In this document: positions 44,098-54,675 of the stretch, in pieces
Position numbering within the stretch: the stretch's first letter is position 1
Layout: the number at the start of each line of letters is the position of its first letter
Assembly: GCA_944390195.1 (NCBI GenBank)
Contig: CALXOZ010000007.1
Location: 18,443-82,442, forward strand
Source: an uncultured Alphaproteobacteria bacterium
Lineage (GTDB): Bacteria > Pseudomonadota > Alphaproteobacteria > CAAGCB01 > CAG-977
Reading direction: 5' to 3'
Length of the DNA: 64,000 nucleotides
Notes under the pieces: model-generated
What the model was told of the DNA's origin: nothing
Seen by the model: only the letters and a program-made list of their open reading frames with translations
The model's database searches: none
Program-made: the position numbers and the translations under genes

Positions 44098-44176
44098 AAG
44101 TATCCCCGCTTTTTTTTGAACAGATCCTAACCAGCGGAAGACCAAAATTCAAGATTTTTAAATTCGATAAAAAAAT

Positions 44177-44206
44177 CACGATTTATTTGTTATTTTTTTC
44201 ACGATT
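44177..44206 (+). promoter_or_regulatory. Direct repeat TCACGATT(T/A)A, two copies spaced 22 bp apart, upstream of hydC.
   Basis: TCACGATTTA at 44177-44186 and TCACGATTAA at 44199-44208. The two-helical-turn spacing suggests a direct-repeat operator. Confidence 0.3.
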
Positions 44207-44213
44207 AAGACTT

Positions 44214-44257
44214 GCTTTTAACGCATCGAAAGTTTAAAACTTAAAATGCGTAAAAGC
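44214..44257 (+). promoter_or_regulatory. Nested 44-bp palindrome 60-100 nt upstream of the hydC start, either an operator or a 5'-UTR hairpin.
   Basis: GCTTTTAACGCAT-cga-AAGTTTAAAACTT-aaa-ATGCGTAAAAGC. The outer arms are complementary apart from one extra A. The inner 13-bp palindrome is perfect. Confidence 0.35.
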
Positions 44258-44315
44258 CGAAACAATCAAGACCGATTTTAACCGGCTACCCGTCATACTT
44301 TTTGGAGAAAGCTAA

Positions 44316-44822
44316 ATGAGTGAAACGACAGGGCATGAAATATCAGCCTTTGATAAAATAGAAAAGGTCAAGGAGATTTTGGATAAGAATGGTCGCCAAA
44401 GTTCTCGATTGATCCCCATTTTGCAGGAAGTACAGGAAGTTTACCGTTACCTGCCTAAGGAAATTATGAATTATGTTGCACAAGCGCTCGGCATTCCTGC
44501 CGGTCGTGTTTACGGTGTTGCGACGTTTTACGCCCACTTTTCTTTAGACCCTAAAGGGCGTTACTTAATCCGTTTATGCGACGGCACAGCCTGTCATGTA
44601 CGCGGATCGGAACCGATATTGCACGCTTTACGTGACAAATTGGGATTGAGCGCGGAAAAACCAACAACCGATGATATGATGTTTACAATTGAAACCGTTT
44701 CCTGTCTGGGCGCTTGCGGTTTGGCTCCGGTCGTCGTTGTGAACGAAGACGTTCATGGACAAATGACACCGGATAAAGCGGTTAAAATGATTGATGATAT
44801 TTTGCAGGCGGAGAATTCTTGA
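44316..44822 (+). CDS. hydC: NuoE-like [2Fe-2S] thioredoxin-fold subunit of a trimeric [FeFe] hydrogenase (HydC/HndA type).
   Basis: 168 aa. Cys pattern C...C-x35-CxxxC (RLCDGTACHVRGS...VSCLGACGLAP) typical of NuoE/HydC. The stop overlaps the hydB start. Confidence 0.8.
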   Translation: MSETTGHEISAFDKIEKVKEILDKNGRQSSRLIPILQEVQEVYRYLPKEIMNYVAQALGIPAGRVYGVATFYAHFSLDPKGRYLIRLCDGTACHVRGSEPILHALRDKLGLSAEKPTTDDMMFTIETVSCLGACGLAPVVVVNEDVHGQMTPDKAVKMIDDILQAENS

Positions 44823-46723
44823 TGACTGAAAATTTGGAAAAAATTGCTTCTGACTACAAAGCAATGCACGACACCGTAACCCGCCGTATGGTAATTTGCG
44901 CAGGGACGGGGTGTATTGCAAACGGATCGTTGAAACTGTACGAAGCCCTTTTAAAAGAAATTCAAAAAGCCGGTATCAATGTCGCTGTTGAATTGAAATC
45001 CGAAGACCATAATAAAAAATCTCTGTTATCCAAAAGCGGCTGTCAGGGATTTTGTCAGATGGGACCTTTGTTGACAATAGAACCGGACGGTATTTTATAT
45101 TGTCGCGCACATGCGGCGGATGCTGCTGAAATCGTAGAAAAAACACTTAAAAATAACGAATTGATTGACCGTTTGGTCTATAAAAACCCGACGGACGGTT
45201 CTCATTGCCGCGGGACGAACGACATTCCGTTTTATACACGCCAACGTCGTACCGTTTTAAAAGCCTGCGGTCATGTCAATCCGGAAGATATTCGCGAATA
45301 TATTTATCATGACGGTTATAAAGCTGCTCAAAAAGCCTATACGGAAATGAGTGATGAAGACGTTTGCAAAGAAATTTTGGATTCCGGTTTGCGCGGACGT
45401 GGCGGCGGCGGTTTCCCGACAGGTTTGAAATGGGATTTGACCCGTAAAGTCAAAGGTGAGAAAAAATACGTTATTTGTAACGCTGATGAAGGCGATCCGG
45501 GGGCTTTTATGGATCGTTCCGTTATGGAAGGCAATCCTCACTCCGTTATTGAAGGAATGATGATCGCCGCAAGGGGAATCGGTGCCGATGAAGGTTACAT
45601 TTATGTCCGTGCCGAATATCCCTTGGCTGTCAAGCGTATGCGTAAAGCCATTGAGGACGCTCAAAACATCGGCGTTCTGGGACACGACATCTTCGGTTCC
45701 GGTAAAAATTTCATCCTGCACGTCATGGAAGGGGCGGGCGCGTTCGTTTGCGGTGAAGAAACAGCATTAATGGCTTCCATTGAAGGCTCGCGCGGTATGC
45801 CGCGTCCGAAACCGCCTTTCCCAGCTCAGTCGGGGTTGTGGGGAAAGCCGACGGTCATTAATAACGTTGAAACTTTAGCAAGCGTTCCGATGATCATTCT
45901 GCACGGTGCCGCGAATTACCGCTCCGTCGGTACGCAAAAATCCCCTGGAACAAAAACATTTGCAGTAACGGGGCATGTCGCAAACACAGGCTTGATCGAA
46001 GTCCCCTTTGGAACGACTTTGCGTGAAATCATCTTTGATATCGGCGGCGGCGTCTTGAACGCAAAAGGCGAAGTCGATAACGATAGTTTCAAAGCCGTGC
46101 AAATCGGCGGTCCGTCCGGCGGATGCCTGACTGCGGAACATTTGGATTTGCCGATTGATTTCGATTCTTTGCGTTCTGCAGGCGCTATGGTCGGTTCGGG
46201 CGGTCTTGTCGTCATGAACAAAAACACTTGCATGGTCAGTGTCGCCCGTTTCTTTATGCAATTTACGCAAAACGAATCATGTGGCAAATGTACTCCGTGC
46301 CGTGAAGGAACAAAACAAATGCTCGCCCTGCTGGATGATATCATGGCGGGTCGCGCTACCGAAGAAACTCTGGATCTGTTGGAAGAAACCGCTAAAACCG
46401 TCCAAAAAGCCTCTTTATGCGGTTTAGGTAAGACAGCTCCGAATCCGGTATTGTCCACTTTACGTTATTTCCGGGACGAATATTTGGCGCATGTACGCGA
46501 TAAAACATGCCCAACCGGTCAATGCAAAGCTTTGGCAAAACCGGAAATCGATCCGATTCTGTGCCGCGGTTGTACCGCGTGCGCACGGAAATGTCCTGTC
46601 GGGGCCATATCTGGAACGGTTAAAAAACCACATGTTATTGATCCGACAAAATGTATTAAGTGCGGTGTTTGCGCCGCAACGTGTAAGTTCGGTGCCGTAA
46701 AAGGCATCGCTCCCCGTGCTTGA
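44822..46723 (+). CDS. hydB: NuoF-like NADH-binding flavoprotein subunit of a bifurcating [FeFe] hydrogenase (HydB/HndC type).
   Basis: The track ORF starts at TTG 44819, but the ATG at 44822 (TGATG overlap) is preferred. An N-terminal thioredoxin-like 2Fe-2S domain is followed by the NuoF core (GLRGRGGGGFPTGLKW FMN/NADH site; the CxxCxxC N3 cluster appears as ESCGKCTPCREG). Two 4Fe-4S ferredoxin motifs sit at the C-terminus. Confidence 0.85.
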   Translation: MTENLEKIASDYKAMHDTVTRRMVICAGTGCIANGSLKLYEALLKEIQKAGINVAVELKSEDHNKKSLLSKSGCQGFCQMGPLLTIEPDGILYCRAHAADAAEIVEKTLKNNELIDRLVYKNPTDGSHCRGTNDIPFYTRQRRTVLKACGHVNPEDIREYIYHDGYKAAQKAYTEMSDEDVCKEILDSGLRGRGGGGFPTGLKWDLTRKVKGEKKYVICNADEGDPGAFMDRSVMEGNPHSVIEGMMIAARGIGADEGYIYVRAEYPLAVKRMRKAIEDAQNIGVLGHDIFGSGKNFILHVMEGAGAFVCGEETALMASIEGSRGMPRPKPPFPAQSGLWGKPTVINNVETLASVPMIILHGAANYRSVGTQKSPGTKTFAVTGHVANTGLIEVPFGTTLREIIFDIGGGVLNAKGEVDNDSFKAVQIGGPSGGCLTAEHLDLPIDFDSLRSAGAMVGSGGLVVMNKNTCMVSVARFFMQFTQNESCGKCTPCREGTKQMLALLDDIMAGRATEETLDLLEETAKTVQKASLCGLGKTAPNPVLSTLRYFRDEYLAHVRDKTCPTGQCKALAKPEIDPILCRGCTACARKCPVGAISGTVKKPHVIDPTKCIKCGVCAATCKFGAVKGIAPRA

Positions 46724-46740
46724 ATGAAAGGTGAAGCTTG

Positions 46741-48723
46741 ATGACTGAAAAGAAAACTCTGTTCATTGACGGCAAAGAAGTCGTAATCGAAAATGAACGC
46801 AATATTTTAGAGCTGTGCCGTAAAGCGGGGATCGATATCCCGACGTTTTGCTACCAGCCGGAATTGAGTATCTATGGCGCATGCCGGCTATGCTTGGTTG
46901 AAATCGAAGGCAGAGGTATTTTGTCTTCGTGTTCCACACCTCCTGAAGCAGGCTTGAAAATAAAAACAAATACGGATGAAATCCGTCAATTGCGCCGTAC
47001 GACAATGGAATTGCTGTTGGCGTCCCATCCTCAAGATTGTTTGAAGTGCGGGAAAAGTACACACTGCAAATTGCAGGAAATCGCCCGTAAGGTGGGAGTA
47101 AAAGAAATCCGTTACAAACATTCGGTCAAAGACCTGCCGGTAGATAACAGTTCTTATTCTTTGGTGCGTGATCCCGCAAAGTGTATTTTGTGTGGCAATT
47201 GCGTGCGGATGTGCGCTGAAATTCAGGGAATCGGAGCCGTCAACTTTGCCAATCGCGGATCAAATAGTACGGTTATTACGGCGTTTGGTAAGGATATGGC
47301 TAAAACGGAATGTGTCAACTGCGGTCAATGTGCCGCCGTTTGCCCGACCGGAGCGTTACAAATCAAGTCTGAAATTGATGAAACAATGAAAGACATCAAC
47401 AATCCCGAAAAGATAACGGTTGTCCAAATAGCTCCGGCCGTCCGTGTCGCCATAGCAGAAGAATTTGGTCTGCCTGCCGGTGTGGATTCAACGAAAAAGA
47501 TTGTTTCCGCTTTAAAAAAGATCGGTGTCGATTATGTTTATGATACCAACTTTACAGCAGACATGACGATTGTCGAGGAAGCCACTGAATTTGTACAACG
47601 CTTACAGAACGGCGGCACATTCCCGATGTTTACCTCATGTTGTCCGGCATGGATCAAATATGCGGAAACGTATTATCCGTCTTTATTAAAGAACATCAGT
47701 TCCTGTCGTTCTCCGCAAGGAATGTTTGGCGCAATCGTGCGTAAAGCGATGCCTGGCGTTACCGGAAAAGACAACAAAGATATCGTTTCGATTTCCATTA
47801 TGCCCTGCACGGCCAAAAAGTTCGAAGCCCGTCGCGATCAGTTCATTCATGACGGCAAAGCGGAAATTGATCATGTCCTGACAACGCAAGAATTGGCTGA
47901 GATGTTGAAATCAGCCGGTATCAATCTGGCGGAAATCGATGATGTCGAATTGGATATGCCGTTAGGCATGTACACCGGTGCCGGCGTTATTTTCGGCGTT
48001 ACCGGAGGCGTGATGGAGGCCGTGTTGCGTTTTGCTGCGGAAAAAGTCGGCGGCGTCAAAGACGCAATTGAATTTAAAAACGTTCGCGGTTTTGAAGGCA
48101 TTCGTGAAGCTGAAGTCGAATTAAACGGCAGAACGTTCAAATTAGCGGTTGTTCATGGGTTGGCGAATGCCGGAAAAGTGGCTCAATCCGTTATTGATGG
48201 AACATGTAAGTATGATTTGATCGAAGTGATGGCTTGCCCGATGGGATGTGTCGGCGGTGCTGGACAGCCTGTCAGCGAAGGTTGTGTCAAAAAGAAACTT
48301 CGTGCTCAAGGATTATATAAGGCTGATGAATCGTGTGCATTGCGTAAATCTCAAGAGAACACAGCTGTTTATGACGTTTACGAAAAATACTTTGAAGGTG
48401 GTCCCGCAACACATGCGGCGCATGAGAATCTACATACGACATATGTTTGCCGACCGAAAACGGAAATGGAAATGAGCATCAATAAGGCTGATAAGGATGC
48501 TGTTCGAGTCGAGCTGAATTTATCAGGTGAAAATATGCGCAAAGGTGTTGAAAACCTGATGGGTGACGTTTTGGCGAAAATCCGTGAGAACGACTTGCAA
48601 AAACGAACAAAAGTCGTAGTTACTTTTGGACATACGGGAGAGGATCCGATGGTTTCAGTCGCTGGAAAAGCGGTTAATCCTGATGTGGACGATGTTATAA
48701 AAGCCATTATTGAGAATAAATAA
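46741..48723 (+). CDS. hydA: [FeFe]-hydrogenase catalytic subunit (group A, HydA) with N-terminal 2Fe-2S and 4Fe-4S domains.
   Basis: All three H-cluster motifs are present: L1 TSCCPAW, L2 MPCTAKKFE and L3 EVMACPMGCVGGAGQP. N-terminal plant-type 2Fe-2S (CRLC...C) and F-cluster CxxCxxCxxxCP motifs. Track ORF starts at TTG 46738; the ATG at 46741 sits after a GGTGAAG SD. Confidence 0.85.
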   Translation: MTEKKTLFIDGKEVVIENERNILELCRKAGIDIPTFCYQPELSIYGACRLCLVEIEGRGILSSCSTPPEAGLKIKTNTDEIRQLRRTTMELLLASHPQDCLKCGKSTHCKLQEIARKVGVKEIRYKHSVKDLPVDNSSYSLVRDPAKCILCGNCVRMCAEIQGIGAVNFANRGSNSTVITAFGKDMAKTECVNCGQCAAVCPTGALQIKSEIDETMKDINNPEKITVVQIAPAVRVAIAEEFGLPAGVDSTKKIVSALKKIGVDYVYDTNFTADMTIVEEATEFVQRLQNGGTFPMFTSCCPAWIKYAETYYPSLLKNISSCRSPQGMFGAIVRKAMPGVTGKDNKDIVSISIMPCTAKKFEARRDQFIHDGKAEIDHVLTTQELAEMLKSAGINLAEIDDVELDMPLGMYTGAGVIFGVTGGVMEAVLRFAAEKVGGVKDAIEFKNVRGFEGIREAEVELNGRTFKLAVVHGLANAGKVAQSVIDGTCKYDLIEVMACPMGCVGGAGQPVSEGCVKKKLRAQGLYKADESCALRKSQENTAVYDVYEKYFEGGPATHAAHENLHTTYVCRPKTEMEMSINKADKDAVRVELNLSGENMRKGVENLMGDVLAKIRENDLQKRTKVVVTFGHTGEDPMVSVAGKAVNPDVDDVIKAIIENK

Positions 48724-48739
48724 AAACGAATAGTGCAAT

Positions 48740-48772
48740 AAAGCCCTCTGTGCAAGTCAGAGGGCTTTTTGT
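48740..48772 (+). terminator. Intrinsic terminator of the hydCBA operon.
   Basis: AAAGCCCTCTG-tgcaagt-CAGAGGGCTTT stem followed by TTTT, 17 nt after the hydA stop. Confidence 0.8.
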
Positions 48773-49290
48773 ATATGGGACATTTTGTACTGAAAGGTGA
48801 TTATAAAACAAAAGAAGTCAACATACATTTTAGAGAAATATCTGAAGATAAATATTAAAGTTCAAAATAAAGAGTATGTTTAGGAAAAATGCGAAAGGAG
48901 ATAAAAAACATTTTTTTTCATTGTAGGTGGAATACAGTGATGTGTTTAAGCATATTCCGGTTTATCGAATAACTGTTTTTTTTTGAGACCGATTGGAAGA
49001 TTCGATTTTATATATTCCAGCTATGCCAGAGAGATTGTTTTGGCAAATGGTCGATGAGGAACACCTGATATTTCAAATCTTTTTTTAACGGTTGTGATTT
49101 GACAAATGTGGTTTATTCGATTGTTTTCATGATAATGAAGGATAAAAAAACAAATAAATAAGATGCATTTTCGTTTTAAGGGGTAAATTGTTTTCAAGTT
49201 TATGAAGGATGAAAGAGGATGGGGAAAGAGTCAGAAGTACGAGAATATCCGGAAATGCAAGAAACATATGAACAGAACCGTGCACTTGGG

Positions 49291-49548
49291 ACACCTTGTT
49301 AAGAAGGCGTCTCTTAAGGCTTTTGAATAATTCGAAAAACGTAACAGTTGAGAGCGAATAGTGGTCTTTAACTTTATATTCGGTACACCTTGTTAAGAAG
49401 GCGTCTCTTAAGGCTTTTGAATAATTCGAAAAACATAACAGTTGAGAGCGAACAGTGGTCTTTAACTTTATATTCGGTACACCTTGTTAAGAAGGCAGCT
49501 CTTAAAGCATTTGAATAATTCGAAAAACGTAACAGTTGAGAGCGAACA
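49291..49548. repeat. Tandem array of a 94-bp unit, about 2.75 copies, non-coding.
   Basis: Units begin at 49291, 49385 and 49479; the third is truncated after about 70 nt. Identity between units is 95% or higher. Each carries an internal palindrome TTAAGA-aggcgtc-TCTTAA and TTCGAA. The 94-bp period is not a multiple of 3. The track ORF 49374-49562 lies inside the array and is spurious. Confidence 0.9.
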
Positions 49549-49553
49549 AAGGG

Positions 49554-49681
49554 AAAAAGCATCTTTAAAGATGATCTTGCATTGTTTTAAACATTTTTAA
49601 CATTCCGCCAATACATAACCAAACACTTCCTTATATTAAAACCGGCAACAAAAAATACAGACCAATAAAATATATGAAAAA
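49554..49681 (-). repeat. Copy 2 of the dispersed composite element (blocks A, B, C), lying 83-210 nt downstream of the mutL stop on the minus strand and abutting the 94-bp tandem array.
   Basis: The reverse complement matches copy 1 blocks A (49637-49681), B (49593-49616) and C (49554-49576). Block C, read on the minus strand, is GATCATCTTTAAAGATGCTTTTT, a palindrome plus T-run. It could double as the mutL terminator. Confidence 0.6.
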
Positions 49682-49763
49682 GTCTGTTAAGCTGGATTAG
49701 GCGAAGACTGTCAATGCACCTATAACTTTCAATATGATTTCAAAACCGGAGTATTTTTAAAAT

Positions 49764-51596
49764 TTATTCTCTTCGTCCGAATAATTTTTCAATGTCTTTT
49801 AGTTTCAATTCAATATATGTCGGGCGTCCGTGAATGCATTGACCGGAATAGGGGACGGCTTCCATTTGCCGTAACAATGAGTTCATCTCTGAAACATCAA
49901 GCGTTTTGCCCGCACGAACAGAAGTATGACATGCCATTGTCGCCGCGATTTTCTTTATCCGTTCTGTAAGCGCCATATCACTGCCGAATTCGATCAATGT
50001 GTCTGCTATATCGGTAATTAACGTTTTAACGTTTGTTTCTCCTAAAATCGCGGGTATTGCTCGAACTAAAACGGCATCTGTTCCAAAAGGTTCAAACAGA
50101 AGCCCCGTTTTTTCCAATTCATTTTTTTGCTTGAGGAATGCATCGCATTTTTCACCGGATAATTCTACGATTTCGGGTAGTAAAAGGTATTGTGCCGGTG
50201 CGTTTCCCTCTTGCATATTTTTTTTGATTTTTTCATAAGTCAGACGTTCATGTGCGGCATGTTGGTCGACAATGGCAATTCCATCTTGTGTTTGTGAAAT
50301 AATATATGTTTTGTGCAATTGTGCTCTGGCTAATCCCAAAGGGGGAAAAATATCCGGTTCCGATTGTTGATGCTTGTCAATATCAACGGTTTCCTGACTG
50401 ATAGGAGCGGAAAATAACTCTTCAGCATTAAACAAAACTCTGGTTTCTTTTAAAGAAGGGGTTGATTTTGCATGATACCGGAACGATCCGTTTTTAAACG
50501 GTAGGGAAAACTTTTTTAATGACGTTGACGACGGTGAAGGAAAAACAGGTGGGGCTTCGACAGCGACTTTTAAGGCCGTATCGGACAAAGTTGACGAAGT
50601 GCGAAAAGCTGAACCCATTAAAGCTTGTCGTACAGCTGTGATAATCATTCCCCTGACAGCTTGAGAGTTTCTGAAACGGACTTCCGCTTTTGTCGGATGA
50701 ACGTTAACATCGACATCTTCCGGTGGAATCGTTAAAAACAGTACGACAACAGGGAAACGGTCTGATGCTATTAACTCTTGATAAGCAACTTTAATCGCAC
50801 TGAACAACACCTTATCGCGGACAGGGCGATTGTTAACAAAAAAATACTGAGATGCGGCGGTCGATTTGTTCAAAGTGGGAATTCCGATAAATCCGTTTAA
50901 ATGAATATCTTCCTTTTGAATATCCACCGGAACTGCGTTATCACTGAATTCTTTTCCGATGACATCGGTGATGCGTTCGATTTTATTGTTTGATAAAATG
51001 GGTTTTAATTCCAGACGTTTCTTCTTTTCGTCGGATAAAGTAAAACCAACATGAGGATGGGCTAATGCCAATTTTTCAATAATTTCTTGAATATAGCTTG
51101 TTTCCGTTTGTGCGGATTTCAAAAATTTCAATCGGGCAGGGACAGCATAAAACAAATCCCTTACCTCTACCCGTGTACCGACCGGAGCACTTGCCGGTTC
51201 GGGATCATATTTTTTTCCGCCTTCGACAAATAACGTCCATGCCGTATCCATTGTTGCGGTTCTGGACGTAATGCGCATGCGTGACACGGAGGCAATGGAG
51301 GGTAAAGCTTCGCCTCTGAATCCTAAAAAACGTATGTCGAATAAATCATCGTCCGGCAGTTTTGAGGTCGCAAAACGTTCGACTGCCAAATTCAATTCTT
51401 CAACCGTCATGCCTTTGCCGTTGTCTATGACCGTTAAAGCCGCTTTACCGGCTTCATTCAAAATGATGTCGATCTTTGTGGCTTGAGCGTCCAAGGCGTT
51501 TTCAATCAATTCTTTTACCGCCGATGCCGGACGTTCCAAAACTTCTCCGGCGGCGATGCGGTTGACCAATGTCGGCGGTAAAAGACGCAATGTCAT
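49764..51596 (-). CDS. mutL: DNA mismatch repair protein MutL.
   Basis: 610 aa. The GHKL ATPase motifs are LRLLPPTLVNRIAAGEVLERPASAVKELIENALDA, DNGKGM and GFRGEAL. The C-terminal dimerisation domain is present. Confidence 0.9.
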   Translation of the reverse strand: MTLRLLPPTLVNRIAAGEVLERPASAVKELIENALDAQATKIDIILNEAGKAALTVIDNGKGMTVEELNLAVERFATSKLPDDDLFDIRFLGFRGEALPSIASVSRMRITSRTATMDTAWTLFVEGGKKYDPEPASAPVGTRVEVRDLFYAVPARLKFLKSAQTETSYIQEIIEKLALAHPHVGFTLSDEKKKRLELKPILSNNKIERITDVIGKEFSDNAVPVDIQKEDIHLNGFIGIPTLNKSTAASQYFFVNNRPVRDKVLFSAIKVAYQELIASDRFPVVVLFLTIPPEDVDVNVHPTKAEVRFRNSQAVRGMIITAVRQALMGSAFRTSSTLSDTALKVAVEAPPVFPSPSSTSLKKFSLPFKNGSFRYHAKSTPSLKETRVLFNAEELFSAPISQETVDIDKHQQSEPDIFPPLGLARAQLHKTYIISQTQDGIAIVDQHAAHERLTYEKIKKNMQEGNAPAQYLLLPEIVELSGEKCDAFLKQKNELEKTGLLFEPFGTDAVLVRAIPAILGETNVKTLITDIADTLIEFGSDMALTERIKKIAATMACHTSVRAGKTLDVSEMNSLLRQMEAVPYSGQCIHGRPTYIELKLKDIEKLFGRRE

Positions 51597-51599
51597 AAG

Positions 51600-53255
<1,656 letters not shown>

Positions 53256-53271
53256 CTAAAGAATCATTTTT

Positions 53272-54675
53272 TTAAAGGTTAGCAGGTTTGCCGACGACAA
53301 CAAAGAACAAACTGTCCGGTAACAACAATTTTGCGGCTGTCTTTTTTGCTTGTGCCAATGTAACGGAGTTGATCAAATCATTGTATTTTTCCAGATAATC
53401 TATTCCCAAATCATAATATTGCATGCCGGCTAAAAAAGAGGCAAGATCGCCGCTGGATGTAAAAGCCATCGGAAAAGAACCTGTCATATAAGTTTTCGCG
53501 TCTTGTAATTCTTGAGCATACGGTCCTTCTTTTGCCATTTTTTTCCATTGTTCTTGTATGATTTCAATGGCTTGTGCCAGTTTAGCATTATCGGAACCGA
53601 CATATCCCACGATCATCGGAGCGTTTGGATTGACGTTCAATGTCGTTCCCACGCTGTAAGCCAGTCCTTTTTTTTCACGGACTTCGTCAAACAGGCGGGC
53701 GGAAAAAGATCCGCTGCCGAAAATGTAATTGACAAGAAGGGCTGCGTAAAAATCCGGATCGTTCCGTGCGATGCCTTTATGACCGAACAAGACGGCGCTT
53801 TGCGGCACATCCATTGATAAGATGTCGATCCTGCCGGAAAGTTCGGCTGTAAACGGTTCTGGAAATGTTACGCGGGATTTTTCGGGCAGATCTGCAAAAG
53901 TCTTTTCAATCAAGGGTTTCAGTTCCTCGGCGGAAATATTGCCGGCGACACCGATAATCATGTTATCACGCGCCAGCCTGTCGGAAACAAGAGTTCGCAA
54001 ATTTGACCGTGTGATTGAACGAACCGTCCTTTTTGTCGGCAACATATGTCCGTAAGGATGATCACCGTAAACAAGCCTTGCCCAGCGTTCCGCAGCGATG
54101 GCGTCGGGATTGCCTTTGCGCGCGTCGATACCGGCATACATTTGTTCTTTCATCCGTTGAATGGCTTTGCGATCAAAACGCGGAGAGTGCAAAGCAAGGC
54201 GGAACAGTTCGAAAGCTTCTTCCTTATTTGCGCGCAACGTTTCCAAAGAAGCGCTTAAAGTGTCCGAAGAGGCGCCGAATTGCATTGCAATGGCTTTTTC
54301 CGCCAAAATCTCTGTAAACTGTTCGCCGCTGTAACGTCCAGAGCCTTCGTCCATCAAAGACATTGCCAAGGTGGATAATCCTGTCAATCTTTTGGGATCG
54401 GACGCCTTTCCCCCTTTAAACAGGACGTTGACGGCAATGACAGGAGTGGATTTTTCTTCAATCAGCCAAGCTTCGATTCCGCTGTCCGTAACAACCTTTT
54501 GTACCGGAGGAATGTGAAAGGGAACCGGAGTGATTTTTGGCAATTCGACATTTTGTTCGACTTTTTGAACCGTTGCGGGTTTTTTGACGGTGATTTTGTT
54601 TTTTTTGACCGGCTGGGCGATGCTTGTCGAAGCGAATATCAAACACGTTACTAAAAAAACAATTTGTTTTTTCAT
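53272..54675 (-). CDS. M16-family zinc peptidase (pitrilysin/PqqL-like), probably the inactive or partner subunit.
   Basis: Track ORF runs to 54783. The ATG at 54675 gives the signal peptide MKKQIVFLVTCLIFASTSIA, and an ATGA overlap with the upstream M16 gene. Peptidase_M16 N- and C-domain architecture without an HxxEH motif. Confidence 0.7.
   Translation of the reverse strand: MKKQIVFLVTCLIFASTSIAQPVKKNKITVKKPATVQKVEQNVELPKITPVPFHIPPVQKVVTDSGIEAWLIEEKSTPVIAVNVLFKGGKASDPKRLTGLSTLAMSLMDEGSGRYSGEQFTEILAEKAIAMQFGASSDTLSASLETLRANKEEAFELFRLALHSPRFDRKAIQRMKEQMYAGIDARKGNPDAIAAERWARLVYGDHPYGHMLPTKRTVRSITRSNLRTLVSDRLARDNMIIGVAGNISAEELKPLIEKTFADLPEKSRVTFPEPFTAELSGRIDILSMDVPQSAVLFGHKGIARNDPDFYAALLVNYIFGSGSFSARLFDEVREKKGLAYSVGTTLNVNPNAPMIVGYVGSDNAKLAQAIEIIQEQWKKMAKEGPYAQELQDAKTYMTGSFPMAFTSSGDLASFLAGMQYYDLGIDYLEKYNDLINSVTLAQAKKTAAKLLLPDSLFFVVVGKPANL

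Noticed and set aside
44100-44315. Rex operator upstream of hydC
   Set aside because: I searched for TGTGA/TCACA half-sites and found only TCACGA direct repeats with no inverted partner. It is reported instead as a direct-repeat candidate site.
49291-49548. Possible CRISPR array, given the regularly spaced repeats
   Set aside because: The 94-bp units are contiguous and near-identical to each other. There are no unique spacers, and the repeat length is far outside the 24-48-bp CRISPR range. No cas genes are present.
49374-49562. 62-aa ORF on the minus strand
   Set aside because: It lies entirely within the tandem repeat and has no RBS. The reading frame is created by repetition of the unit.
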